Source: Octopus sinensis (lineage: Eukaryota). From it: a stretch of 64,000 nucleotides of DNA. The notes beneath the pieces were generated by a model, which saw only the letters and a list, made by a program, of their open reading frames with translations, made no database searches and was not told where the DNA came from. This document shows positions 12,298 through 25,408 of the stretch, piece by piece (the first letter of the stretch is position 1; each line of letters starts with the position of its first letter). A program made the position numbers and the translations under genes. The stretch lies in NCBI RefSeq assembly GCF_006345805.1, contig NC_043003.1, positions 76,384,001-76,448,000 on the forward strand. The letters run 5' to 3'.

Positions 12298-12790
12298 TGA
12301 CTACCGAGTAATGTAACATATTGTAGAGATATATATATATATATATATAAAGAGAGAGAGAGAGAGAGAGAGAGAGAATTTGTGCGGAGGTGCGTGGGGG
12401 TTGTTGCATTACATATTTATATATTTTATATACATTTGTATATAGTGAATTTGTGTATATACATTTTGCTTTATTCTGCAGCATAGATCTTTTCTTGTTG
12501 CTTGTTCCGACAAACCTATACCCAGTCGTGTGCTCTTTTGTGTATTAGTGCGTCATGTGTATACATGTGTGTGTGTGCGTGTGTGTGGGTGTGTGTGTGT
12601 ATGTGCGTGTGTTTGTATATACGTATGCATATATACGCATGCATACTTGAGTATGTATGTATGTATGTATGTATTGTATATGATATTTGATATTTGATAT
12701 ATGATAAATGCGTCGTAGTATTTCTACGCGCTCTAATTAGGCTGGCAAACAAGATACTTTTGATGTTCATTCCTATTCACTACTATTGAT

Positions 12791-12852
12791 GATTTCAACT
12801 CATCAGGGAAGAACCGACTTCCGATGAACAGTTATCACTGTTTCGTTGAGTT
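12791..12852 (-). ncRNA. Hammerhead-like three-way junction in type II order (non-canonical)
   Basis: tcaac GAAA cagt gata actg TT catc ggaag tcggtt cttcc CTGATGA gttga. Stems II and III are canonical; four extra nt (catc) sit between the cleavage site and stem I. Confidence 0.35.
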
Positions 12853-13931
12853 ACTAGAAGGCATTGGAACTAGGATTAGCTGGGATTGGTTCAGCTACTT
12901 CATAATAAACTTAATTTCAGTATAGGATTCCCTGCTGGCACCATTCGAGGCAAGTGAACATCTCATTATTACCCAAGGCGGCTCATTAACGTTCATATCA
13001 CAGTGCTATTGAATTATTACGACAAGAGAGTATTGAAGACCATTAATATATTTGAGTTTGTGTATGCGAGGGTGCGTGTGTATACGTGTGTGTACGTGTG
13101 TGTGTGTGTGTGTGTTTTACGGGGTAAATTGAACTCTGTATTATCACATATATATGTCACAGTGTGATTGTTTAGTGCATTATATCATATCGTATATGTG
13201 TCTGTGTCTGTGTATAAACGCAGCTATATATGTATATGCATGAATGTAAATACACACATATACACCCATATATAAATGCGTGTGCGTGTGTACCACGTAT
13301 ATAATGTATTTACCAACACAGAAGCGTACATAAACATGTCTATTCGGTTTTTCCTGTAATACACCTGTCTCAAATAGCTTCATTGTAAACAACACACTAC
13401 ACTGTTGCCAAATAAATTATATATGAGTGTGTATGGCGGTGCATATCTGTGTGTGTGTGTGTTTGTGTCTGTGTGTGTGTGAAAGTATGTAATGTGTGAG
13501 TATCACTGTATCGGCCTGATTATCAGATGTTGTTATACACCGCTGGTCACAATGCGCTTTTCGCATGCTTGTTGCTTTCAAATGATACCACAGTGTTGGC
13601 TATGTCGGCATGCTCAGTATGTGTATATTATGTACGTATATATGCATTCCCCACTTAGTTTTCTGCATTTTTTATGCTCCATGTAACAGTAAATTTATTT
13701 GTTATTCTTATACGTACGTGTTTATCTTCTGAATATGCCGTTGCTATTATGCAAAAGTGTAGTATGTCCAAAACGTTGCCTTTTCAGAAAACGAAAAAAA
13801 TAGTTTTATCATTCCATAGCAAAAGCGCTGTACTACACTTTGACGATTTTCTTATGTCTTGGCATGTGAAGCAACTATTGTAGACTATGTTGCTGACCGG
13901 TGGAGCTGACATTTACATCTGTATAAGTATG

Positions 13932-14023
<92 letters not shown>

Positions 14024-14247
14024 AAGTATATTCATGTTTATTTGCACTCACCTGGATTTCTATTGTAACCAATCTTTACTCCGTGGACTTAGTCCTCGGT
14101 AAAGACTTCGCTCTTCAACTCATTTGATCACTGCTACATATTTTCTATATTGAGCATCTCTAGATTTCAAATGTTGAAGATATATATATATACATGTGTG
14201 CGTAAGTGTGTGTGCGTATGTGTGTGTACGTATGTGTGTATATGCAT

Positions 14248-14405
<158 letters not shown>

Positions 14406-14811
14406 TATATAATTATATATAATTATATAGAAACAATGTCTAGTGTTGTGTTCAAATTTTCTTTGTACCATTGTATTACATGTTTGGAATTCAAAGACTA
14501 AAATGCGCTATTACTTTTTGCTTTTTTCGATAACACAACGCAGTATTTCATGTAAGCAAAAGCCTTTGCCTCTGTGCATTTGATTGTGTCCCTGTTTGTT
14601 TGTCCTTGTGCGTGCACCTCAGTGAGTACACATGTGTAGACGTGCATATGGAAGTCTATTCTGAGCTTCACCTTCCGTCTAGGCTATGGCGGAAATCAGG
14701 TTGGTTAGTTAAATGCCTGACTCATAAACATATCTGTTGCTTCTATCCAGCCTACTGAGTTTTACATTAGAAAATGTTTGCAATGTTTAAAATACGTTGT
14801 AATACATTTTA

Positions 14812-14910
14812 GCTTCAGATTTTGGCACAAAGACAGTAGTTTAGGGCGAGGGGCCTGAGTCGATTAAATCAACATCTGCGCTTATCTAGTACTTATTTTA
14901 GAAACCCCAG
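14812..14910 (-). mobile_element. SINE family 2, 3' fragment
   Basis: ttcagattttggcacaaag...agtcgattaaatcaac...tagtacttatttta matches family 2 in reverse. Confidence 0.6.
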
Positions 14911-15170
14911 AACATAAATACGCGATGATGATTCTGCCTGTTTGTTGCTTTATATATTGTAAAGTATATTACATGACTTACAATATATATGTAACAATGT
15001 GTTCACACTAACACGTTAAGCCAAAATGACGTTACTTAAAATTGAATAGTAGTGAGGAAAACTATCCTGATTTTTCAAACTTGTCTTTGTCAGAACCAAG
15101 CATCGTGATTATCAGCCCCGTCAAATTTCCAACCCTGAACATTTAAGTAATGCTATTCTAATCATAACAT

Positions 15171-15382
15171 TGGTTTCAAATTTTGGCACAAGGCCAGCAA
15201 GTTTGTGGAGGGGGTTAGTCGATTCCATTAACCCCAGGACTCAACTGGTACTTATTTTACCGACCCGAAAGGATGAATGACAAAGTCAACCTCGGCAGAA
15301 TTTGAACTCAGAAAGTGACGACGGACAAAATGTCTGTCAGCATTTCGTCAGCTGTGCTAACAAATATGCCTGCTCGCCGACT
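15171..15382 (-). mobile_element. SINE family 2, near full length
   Basis: tttcaaattttggcacaaggccagc...caactggtacttattttaccgacccgaaaggatgaa...gaatttgaactcagaa...gtgctaac...gctcgcc. Confidence 0.85.
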
Positions 15383-16664
15383 TATGGTGATCCTATTATT
15401 AATCTAAATAAATAACTTTTTTATCTTATTTGTATACCAGTCAATTCTACTGTTGTATTTCTCTGTATATGTTTCTGGGAGAGTGCGTGTGCCTTTGTGC
15501 GCACGCGCTTGAGCATGTGCATTTACGTGTGTGTGTGTGCATGTGTGTGCATGCTTGTGTGTGCGCGCGTAAATACACATATTTATACATATATACATAT
15601 TAGTCAGTCCGTTGACGCCAGTACTCTGGATATTGTCGATCAGCTTTCGATAATCCACGCTGTGATGTAGTCTACAACAATTGATCTCCTCATGTCCTGC
15701 TTGGCCTTAAGACAGAGCATATCGAAGACACAGTTAATAAATTAGAACAGTTAGTGTTCTTTTCCTTTTTCATTGTCGTATCTGTTTGAACTCTACTACT
15801 AATTTAAATCTGAAATATCTACTTCCTGTCATGTATTTCGTTATAACTTATATATTGGCAAGAAGGATACATTAAAACACTTCAATTGTCTTCTATAGTC
15901 AAAACTTACTATAGTCTGCAAGTGCTATCTGGTTACCTTGTTACGGAATGGGATTACCAGCGTCCGTATCCAGTTTTTTTAGTCATATTTGTATTTCAGT
16001 TTTGTATTTCAGCACATTACATGCTCTTATCTTGCCACTATGACCTCTGTGTTAATACCATCTGCACTGAAATATGACATGCGCTTTCCAGTTTCTCATT
16101 CCTTTATTACATTTTCTCTTTTCCCTTTAACTAATTAGGTAGAGTGTCTGGAATTTCTGATATTGTTTTTGTATTGTGAAAATGTGGAGTTTCAAAACTC
16201 CTTTGTCTTAGTTTTGGGTACAGATTGGTAACATCTGTGACTTATTTAGTCTTGAAACATCTTAATATTCATTTTGTTCTGTATGATTTTTCTATACTTT
16301 ATTTTCATTAGTGTTTGGTCTACTTCTTAGCTTTGGAACGGATATTACGGTTTGCGCTGTTTGACATTCCTATTCTGGATTTTTGCCATTTTCCGAAATA
16401 TTGTATTTGTGATAATAGGCCTGGCACTTATTTCGTACCTTGAAGGCGACAGTCTCTTATCATATGATTAATCTATAACAACCTAGTGCTGTAGTAAGCA
16501 TGTGAAAGCTTCCTTTATATGTATTTCAAATTTTCAAAACAAGTATGATTAGGCATTCTTTCTTTTGCATTTATTTTACTGTATATTGGTTTGTTATAAT
16601 TTGTATAATTATTTCACTTTTTGTGGCCTGTCGCGGTCTTGGGTGTATATTTCTTAAATGACCC

Positions 16665-16936
16665 ATTCGTACCTCGGTGTGAAATAATTTTCTCGATATG
16701 TTTTCTCGAGTGCATTCAACGTATCTCAACACCAGACCTGCCGCAAACAACTTTCTTCCCGAAAAGAGGAGGGCGGAGGGGTGGTGGGCACTTTGGACTT
16801 TCCCAGGAAACTCCGAGGTCCCCACCACTTCTCCCTTTTCCGGAAGAAAGACGCTTGCGGCGGCTTTCGAAGTCAGATACATTGAATGCACTGGAAAAAA
16901 AGGTGTGAAAAAATTATTTCCCACCGAGGTACGAAT
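16665..16936. mobile_element. Fold-back (MITE-like) element of about 270 bp
   Basis: Arms pair along most of the length: attcgtacctcggtgtgaaataatttt/aaaattatttcccaccgaggtacgaat, gtgcattcaacgtatct/agatacattgaatgcac, and inner GC-rich arms. Confidence 0.7.
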
Positions 16937-16977
16937 ATGTCCTTTTCGAAATATTTACCTACTTTTTAATAATTAAA

Positions 16978-17305
16978 ATATTGTCTGTTTCACAGAAAGC
17001 TGAAATATAAATACTCACTGTACAAGCAATCTGTGTTTTTTAAGTCATTTTCACTTTAAAATATTTTTAGAATATGTCTACAAAAGCTTTTGTAATGGTA
17101 TCCATTTGAAAATATTATTTTTAAAATTGAAATATTGTCTGTTTAAAGAAAGTTAAAATGTAAATACTTACTGTACAAACAACTTGTATTTATGAAATCA
17201 CATCGACTTAAACGTATTTCTGATTACAATATTGTGTTTAACAAAAGCGAAAATAGAAACATTTACTGTAAAAACAACTCGTACATTTTCGTTGTCAAGT
17301 TACAG
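16978..17305. repeat. Three diverged copies of a roughly 75-bp motif
   Basis: aatattgtctgttt...gaaag...aaatact(c/t)actgtaca...caac at about 16978, 17131 and 17229. Confidence 0.6.
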
Positions 17306-18314
17306 TCACTAAAATTTTCTTGCGCAGACAATGATCATAATCGAACGGTTAGAGATTCTTCCCTTTCAGAGTTAAGTTATTTTCGGAGTATTTTCCGATT
17401 ATGCACCGTTTTGGGTATTTATGAATCCCCCCAAAATCCCCATATCTCAGGGATCTATTGTCCGGTTTACGCGAAACTTGTTTTATTCTGTTTGTATTCA
17501 CATTTCAGTGGTGCCTTAATACATAATATTTTCCTATTATGCGCAGATTGGCTGACAACAGAAAAGCAAGCGATCAAGCAATCAGAGTGTTTTAGAAGTA
17601 AATAGATAGATAGATATGTGAGTGTGAGTGTACGTGTGTGTGTATGTGTGTGCGTGTACACATATCTATATGTAATCCATAAGCGTGTCTTCAACAAATT
17701 ATAGTTTGTTGGACTAATGTCTATGGTTTAAATAGTTTGCTTCACTCTCATACATGTCCTTGAGTTCTTTCTTATAAGTGACCTTACATAGATTCTTTTC
17801 AATGTAACAACTCCTTGAATATTACTCACTGTGTCACTCTCCTCCACCTATCTCCCCTCTCCCTCTTTCTCCCTCTTTCTCACTCTTCCTCTCCCTTCTA
17901 TCTCTCCCTCTCCCTTCTCTTTCTCTCTTAGATTTTTCTTTCTCTCTCTCACTCGTTATAAATATATATATATATATGCTCCAGAATGACCGAAATCAAA
18001 TGACTGAAACGTGCAAAAGAATAGAAGAGTAACAGAATGTATACATAGTTGAAATATATAGAAAAACAAAATACGAAGACAGGTGTATAAACAATAAACA
18101 GGTGTATTAATTTAATGTTCTGGAAGGTGAGAAAGTGTTTTACGTTTTGAACCTACGCTCTTCAACAGAAAGGAAGACGGGGAATTAAAGAGAGAGTATA
18201 AATAAACTTTTGGAGGTAGCTATGCATACTCGCTTACGTACAAACATAAATACATGCAGACGTATATACATATATTCATACGTACATATGCATATACCTC
18301 TTTACATATATATA

Positions 18315-18348
<34 letters not shown>

Positions 18349-18357
<9 letters not shown>

Positions 18358-18586
18358 TATTAGAGACAAAACCACTATTTTGCAAAACAAACAAGGAAAG
18401 ACTTAATCAATACATAAATTTTTTTATTAAAATTTTATGTATTGATTAAGTCTTTCCTTGTTTGTTTTGCAAAATAGTGGTTTTGTCTCTAATAATATTT
18501 TATAATATTTTACTATAAAATTGGATTTAATCCTAAATCTGATTTTTTCCCTGTAAATTTGGATTTATTCCCTAATATTTATTATT

Positions 18587-18588
<2 letters not shown>
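18349..18588. mobile_element. (TA)n-flanked fold-back element E6 (155-bp palindrome plus tail)
   Basis: 18349-18503 is a palindrome with about 70-bp arms. The terminus ...ctaataata is shared with E7. No hammerhead core seen. Confidence 0.7.
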
Positions 18589-18663
<75 letters not shown>

Positions 18664-18961
18664 TACTTTAACATGAATATATGTTTGTACGCTTCTGAGT
18701 TTGCCCACGTGCCTGTGAGTACGTGAGTGCAAACATGCGTCTTTTTGTTTCTGTGTGATACTGAATAAGTAACATTGATAGTGAATGGATACACGTTTAA
18801 TGAGATCGAGAGATTTTCGGAAAAACGTTATATTATAACTTGTATGGAGTAACTCTAACAAGGAATAATATAATTAAAGTAACTGATTTAAGTTCAGTAG
18901 AACCTGCAACGCTAATGAAATTAAAACTTAGAAGCTTTGATATGTTATGTCATACCAACCT

Positions 18962-19002
<41 letters not shown>

Positions 19003-19346
19003 CTAAATGATATAATAATTTTAGCAAAATACAGTGGTTGAATGTTATTGGATTTGTCAGGAATACTTAGCAAAATTACCAGGATGTTGCAACCGTTGTA
19101 AATAAATCATCATGTACACAATAAAGCGCAAAGGTAAGTCCATATCCATATGCGTTTATATGTGGGAGTATATATGTGTATGTGCATATATAGCAAGTCA
19201 TCTATATATATATATATATATATATATACACGCATGTAAAGATACCTTTATGCGTATAGGATTTCACATACATGCGAAATGTGATGAAATGCAATTTTAA
19301 TTAAGTTAAATGCCTACGGAAACCAATATGAATATCTAATGGCATT

Positions 19347-19400
<54 letters not shown>

Positions 19401-20159
19401 TGTGAGTGGTGTGGTCTGAAGCGCAAAAGACAAATCCATATCGATATGCGTTTATATGTGTGAGTGTGTGTGTGTGTGTGTATGCGTGTGTGTGCGTGTG
19501 TGATGTGGTCTGAAGTGAGATATTTTCGGCGGGTGACATGACTTCAGAGACGTAACTCTAATTTTTTTAAAGTAAAATTAAGTTTTACGAGAAGAGGGAC
19601 AAAACGTGAGTGGTATTGTTAGACACTCTCAAAGAAAAGTGACGTGTTTGAGTTACAGATATGCCTGAGCCTCCTTAGACTACATAATTTTTCCAAATTT
19701 GTTTTGTTCTGTTTTAAAAAATTATTGGGTTGTCAAACAAATTCCGATGATGTTTGAAGTAACACAAGAAATATTTTGTCGTGTTTTTGTTTTTTTTATT
19801 CTGGCTATATTCTTCCTCTAAAACGACTGCTTATCGTTTTGAGGATTGAATAAGTATTAAGTCTTTCCAAACATAGAGGGTTTTCGGGATAAATTTGAAT
19901 CTGGGCTTTGGCAATAGATAGGGGTTGTAGTCACCACCATAGTGCCGGTCCCTGAAATAAAGACCTTTGCTACCACTCGTACAAAAGGTGTAAGCGTCAA
20001 ATTCTGACAGTCAAGGCTAAGGAGAACCCCTGAAAAAACTCTCGAGCAAGCGGAGGCATTCTGTTTAACTGGAGTTTATCTGGTTCTTCTCATATAAAGA
20101 GACGTCTGCCAGGGCCAATTGTACAAAACCCAGGACAACAGCTAACTTTCCAATAATCT

Positions 20160-20460
20160 ACGTTATGTCCCACGTATCATGAAAACAAAGCTCCCTCCAA
20201 AGTGTGATGCTCTTTGAGTGACTCCCCAGTGAGTGAAGATTGTGATAATTCCTGATTGGAAATAGTTGCTGTTAGTTGGTAATATGCGTGGCAGCCGGAT
20301 TCGTTTACTTGTCATAACTCTGGGAAGTGTCAGAGTTAGGTGACGAACAATTTCTTTGACTTCACCAGTCCCAATTTCAGGCCACCTAATTTCTCCGATT
20401 GTAACCCCATGCATTAGTATTAGTGAGGAAGCCACCAACAGCTCTGCTTGCAACACGAAC
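20160..20460 (-). pseudogene. Decayed RTE-like LINE endonuclease fragment
   Basis: IGEIRWPEIGTGEV (cf. LQETRWxGxG) and SKRIRLPRILP...IITIF (cf. SERLMxLRLPL...TIISxYAPT). Confidence 0.4.
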
Positions 20461-20489
20461 GCTGAGCTGATAGCTAAGACCTAAGTGTT

Positions 20490-21490
20490 TTTCCCAGAGA
20501 CACAGTATGTGATCGCTTCCAAAGACGTCTAGAGGCACATTTGTGCTGTGGACACGGAAAGCATTATTGCTGGAAGAACTGCACTGATATGGCTTTTCAA
20601 GGAGAAATTCCAGCTCACAGTTTCTCCATGCTCTGGTCGAAAATCTTCAATTCAATGAAGTTCGATCAAAACAGCTCGTTCACAAGCTTCCACTGGGAAA
20701 ATAGCCCTGTAGATGGAATGTTCTTAAGAAACTGTTGCCTGTCAACTTCCCGCGAAAGGGAAGGTCCAAAAACTCGGTGAATGGGTACCACACTCTCTGA
20801 ACAAACGAGGCAACTCCGGCGCTCTTCCATCAATCTCACTTTGCTCGACCGAAAACAAGCCATTTGTGGATTTATATACTGCATGGTCAGTGAAAGTGAA
20901 AAATAACATTTAACGTCAGTATGAAGCAGAGGAAAGCATTGCTGATGCCTGACAAATAAACAACAACTCGGGTCACGTCAGAGCTACATCTACGGAAGAC
21001 AGTGATCTAATTTTGTTGGAATTATGAAGAACTAATCTATTATAAAATGCTTGAAAACAACCTAAGAGTTAATCCAAAGCTTTCTGATCTTCAAATGCAC
21101 CAGTTCAGCAAGTCAACACAGCTAAAATGATCCGACAGGGGACACAGCGTCCTTGTTCCCACGTCACTAATTTCACCAGATGTGCTATTTCAGTGCATGG
21201 TTTGAATTTCTAAAGCACTTATCGTCGTCTCCCGATATAGTGCATATTTCTTTCCAACTGTATGTTCGGCGTTTGTTCTGCATTGATGTGGAACTGAAAA
21301 TGTGACTTCATGAATTCTTCGCGCCAAGACCCGTCATTTTAAAGGTCAAGGCATTGACAAGCTAGCGAAGCGTTGGTAAGCAGTATTATATAATGAAGGG
21401 AAATATATTTTAGGCTGGTTTGTTAAAATTGTTGATGAAAAATATAGAAAATATATAGAAGAAGCGAAAGAATTTATCCAACAACGCACT
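20490..21490 (+). pseudogene. Highly decayed mariner transposase
   Basis: RHICAVDTESIIAGRTA (cf. RNICAVYGE..IAERTA), GEWVPHSL (WVPHEL motif), and C-terminal FKGQGIDKLAKRW*AVLYNEGKYI. Confidence 0.75.
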
Positions 21491-21570
21491 AATTTATCTA
21501 TTAACATTTAATTAGGAATAATTTTGATAAGTATAATTTATATAATTACAAAATATTCATTGGTGAAGAT

Positions 21571-21921
21571 GCGTGGTTCCTTGGACAAGTGTCTTCTATT
21601 ATGGCATCGAGCTGACCAAAGATTTGTGAGTGAATTTGGTAGGCGGAAACTGAGGGAAGCCCATCGTATATGCACTCACACACACGCACACACACACAGA
21701 TGTATACATATGTGTCTATCTGTCTGTATGTCTGCTTTTGTCCCCCCTCACTGCTTGACAACCGGTGTCGGTACGTTTACGTCCTAGTAACTCAACAGTT
21801 CGGCAAAGAGCGATAGAATATGTATCAGGATTTAATAATTTAAGTAGTGAGATCGATTCGTTCGACTAAAAGATTCTTCGAGGCGGTGCGACAGCCTGGC
21901 CGCAGTCTAGTGACTGAAAGA
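21571..21921 (+). mobile_element. SINE family 1, diverged copy
   Basis: Colinear with 4369-4784 from the central domain to the tail. Confidence 0.8.
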
Positions 21922-21980
21922 GATGTCATGTAAATGAAATAACTCATTGACGTCAACAACATGAAGCTCAATAGTAGTGA

Positions 21981-22050
21981 TTTCAAAGTTTTGGCACCAG
22001 GTCAACTAGTACTTATCTTATCGACCCCGAAAGGGTGAAAGTCGACCACA
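21981..22050 (-). mobile_element. SINE family 2, internally deleted fragment
   Basis: tttcaaagttttggcacc...caactagtacttatcttatcgaccccgaaagggtgaaagtcgacc. Confidence 0.65.
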
Positions 22051-23107
22051 ACAGATAATGAAAATACAATATAGTAGATAGCTGATGATTTACTAACTCT
22101 TTGCTGACAACTCATAACGAAATTCAAAGCGAAGATAAAACAATTTTGTGTAATTAGCTAATTGTTTAAAACAACACATAGAAATGAGTGTTTGTATGCG
22201 TGTGTCAGTGTGTTTGTGCGAGAAGGGGGTGCGCGCGGGCGCGTATTTAGTGAAATTACTAAAGAGAATGGAAGGTTATGTTAAAGGGTCAGAAAACAGC
22301 ATGCTTTAAAGTAATATTAACATAGATAATTAGATATGAATAGATTCGAATGTTAACGCAAGGTTTGCGGCGAGGTTAGAGACTGATATATAATTCTGCC
22401 ATTTGGTAGGATTTTGAGAAGAAATAACCTTCGATAGTCTGAATGTAGAAATTCAATGCATTAAACAATGGAATGATTTATTCAAAATTCCATTATAAAA
22501 GCAGTTTTTGTATTTTTTTTTCTTCTGTGCGCTTTTGTTTTAACGAATATATTTTGTGATGACTCAGAACTTATAATTATTATGGAAAGTAAAAGTGGGT
22601 GATAAAAAAGATTTATGGCGAAGTAAAATATTAAAAATAAATGTTTCAATTATGATATCGCATATTATGGAGAAAGTGTCCTGGTGAAATTATGAGAAGT
22701 CGTAAGAAATACAAGATAATGTGTAAATATATAGCAATAATTTAATGAAATATCTGTAATGAGATAGAAGGATAGTATTAGACTGGTGATTATGATTTGA
22801 GAAACACTTAATTGCTTCTACCAAAACCATTATCGAAGATATACTAGCTTATAAAAAATAGTGTAGAATATATATGGCAAAAAAATATGAAAATAAAAAT
22901 GAAAATTACATTTGCAGACTGAGGGAAAATTTAATAAATTATTTTCGGTAAGCAATTGCAAATGTGCGGAAGATTTTGCTCTTAATTGGCGTTGTGATGC
23001 ACTTCTACACGTCATTGGTTGTGTTACCAGTTTTCTTGGGGAAGGAGTTGAGGTTAGTTAGACCTTTGACTTAAGGCTAGGTTGTATTCCCCCCATTTTA
23101 TGGTGAA

Positions 23108-23141
<34 letters not shown>

Positions 23142-23402
23142 CCGGTGTTGTTCAAACGATGAATAGATTTGCGTAAACCATTGGTTCGTTTTGTTCTCTT
23201 ACTTTATTATCATCTTATAATCATCTCATAATAATGAATTTCATGACTCGTATTACTACCTCAGTCAATCTAAATGTATATATTTGTCGTTACCTGTCAT
23301 AAATAGCCTTTTTCTATTTGCAATATGCATTTTCGTTGATTTTTCCTATTTTACCCTTACATTTCCACGTGTATTTTATATTTTCTTTTCGTAACCTATT
23401 TC

Positions 23403-23462
<60 letters not shown>

Positions 23463-23995
23463 ACACACACACTCGCATACATATACACACAGATTTACAT
23501 ATTAACTCATACACACAAACACACGTACTTGCACAGTCACACAAACATACTCGCACTCATACATGGTACTCGACCGTAATTATATCTCTAGAACGTACAT
23601 TATCTAATACCTGTCTCCCGTGTCTACTTTCTTTCTACAAACCACTATCTCATAAAGGAATGGTGACAGATAAGTACCTACGGAATATCAATTCACCAAC
23701 GTTACAAACATTGAATGGCAGATTGTTGCAGAAAATATTTAAACATTTGAAGACGTCAGTCTCTTATTGTCCCTATTGATGTTGTAGTCGATATTGCTGT
23801 TATTTGGTTTTAAGCTTAGGTATATATAAACTTTAGCCAAGCAAACATTTTAATATAAACTAAAATATCCTAAGATGCATTACGGAAGCGGGAAGTGCAT
23901 AGATTTTGATAACTACATACTGAAATGATATATTACATATTACATTGTATTCATACAGTTTACCGACAAACTGTATTTCTAACACATTCTCTCTC

Positions 23996-24052
<57 letters not shown>

Positions 24053-24053
<1 letters not shown>

Positions 24054-24133
24054 CTCTTTACTCTCTTTTGCCGCACAGCATCGGTTGTCAAGCAATGCTA
24101 GGTGCGCAAACACAGATACACAAACATACAGAC

Positions 24134-24211
<78 letters not shown>

Positions 24212-24240
24212 GACAGGCTTCTTTCAGTTTCCGTCTACCC
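24053..24240 (-). mobile_element. SINE family 1, internally deleted copy
   Basis: cagcatcggttgtcaagcaatgctag and gacaggcttctttcagtttccgtctacc are reverse matches to 4369-4784. Confidence 0.8.
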
Positions 24241-24375
24241 GTTGGCATAAAAATTTACTTTGATAACCTAATTATAATTTTTTTTCTTTAATCGCCTATC
24301 CTTTGAGTATTGCTCTTTCGGCCACATTGTTCTTTTCTTTCATCAACTGTGAAAAATACCGAATCATTAATGATT

Positions 24376-25230
24376 TATTAGGTCCTCAAGTATGAAATTT
24401 GTAGTAAGGTATATTATAGATTTTGACAGCTGCTCATTTTGCACCATTTATTATATTTTGACAATCTTTATTTTTTGTTAGAAAGCTGATACATCTATTT
24501 CTGTATTCTAAAACACTCTGCGCTTTATAAAGTTTTTATATATCGTCTTTTGCCTTTTCTTTTTGTTTCGAGGTGGATACCTCGGAAATTCGTACAGTTT
24601 TGAAATATGAGTTCTTTCTTGGAAATACAGCACCACAGATTGCTTGGAATATTAATGGAGTATGTCATTCTAATGTTATTACACAGCAGACAGTATCAAA
24701 TTGGTTTGCCAAATTTTGTTCTTGTAACTTTGAGCTTAGAAATGAGCAACGCAGTCGACCAGAAACAATGCTGGATAATGACGAACTGAAAGCCACCGTC
24801 AAGTAAGATATATCTGAACGTGTCCGTAAGTTATCGTTGTTGTTAGCAAGCAAACAATATTGACTCACCTAGTTCAAATCGGTAGAGTGAACAATCTGGA
24901 TAGGTGGGTTCCATACGAACTCAATAAAAATTAGAAACAGCAACGTTTGGAAGTCTGCATTATGCTACTTTCTCGTCACAAAACGGAATCATTTTTTAAT
25001 GTGATGGTAACTGGACCCAATACAACAACCGTAAGCGTTCAGCACAATGGTGGGACAAAGACGAGCTACCAAAACGCAGTTCAAAAAACAAAATACATCA
25101 AAAGCAGCTGATGGTGTGTGTTTGGTGGTCTGACACGTGAATGGCATAATTTCTCATCAATCACGACCGAAGTATACTGCACGTAAGTGGACCAAATGAT
25201 GCACAAACTTACCAACAGATTAGTCAACAG
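24376..25230 (+). pseudogene. Decayed mariner transposon (5' TIR remnant plus N-terminal two thirds of the transposase)
   Basis: MDTSEIRTVLKYEFFLGNTA...TVSNWFAKF...LRNEQRSRPET, RWVPYELN, QYNNRKRSAQW, KQLMVCVWW; stops and frameshifts. Confidence 0.85.
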
Positions 25231-25408
25231 ATCCACTCCTATTTGAATATAACATTAGCAAACTTATTTTCTTTTCTACAAATTTCATACTTGAGCTAAT
25301 AATATGTATAGCAATCAGTAAATCAACTCGTATTTATCTCTCTTCATGCACTTGATCCCTTTAAAATATCTCCCTCACCGTATTGAAACTTGCTCTTAAA
25401 TTTCTATT

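Larger units (their letters stand above)
11767..12330. repeat. About 560-bp near-perfect palindrome (element E5) between (TA)n tracts
   Basis: The left arm from 11767 is the reverse complement of the right arm to 12330, with one indel and one edge mismatch seen outside the AT-only centre (about 12010-12075). Confidence 0.95.

Noticed and set aside
16978-17305. Repeated motif with variable spacers (CRISPR-like at a glance)
   Set aside because: Eukaryotic context, only three long diverged units, no cas genes.
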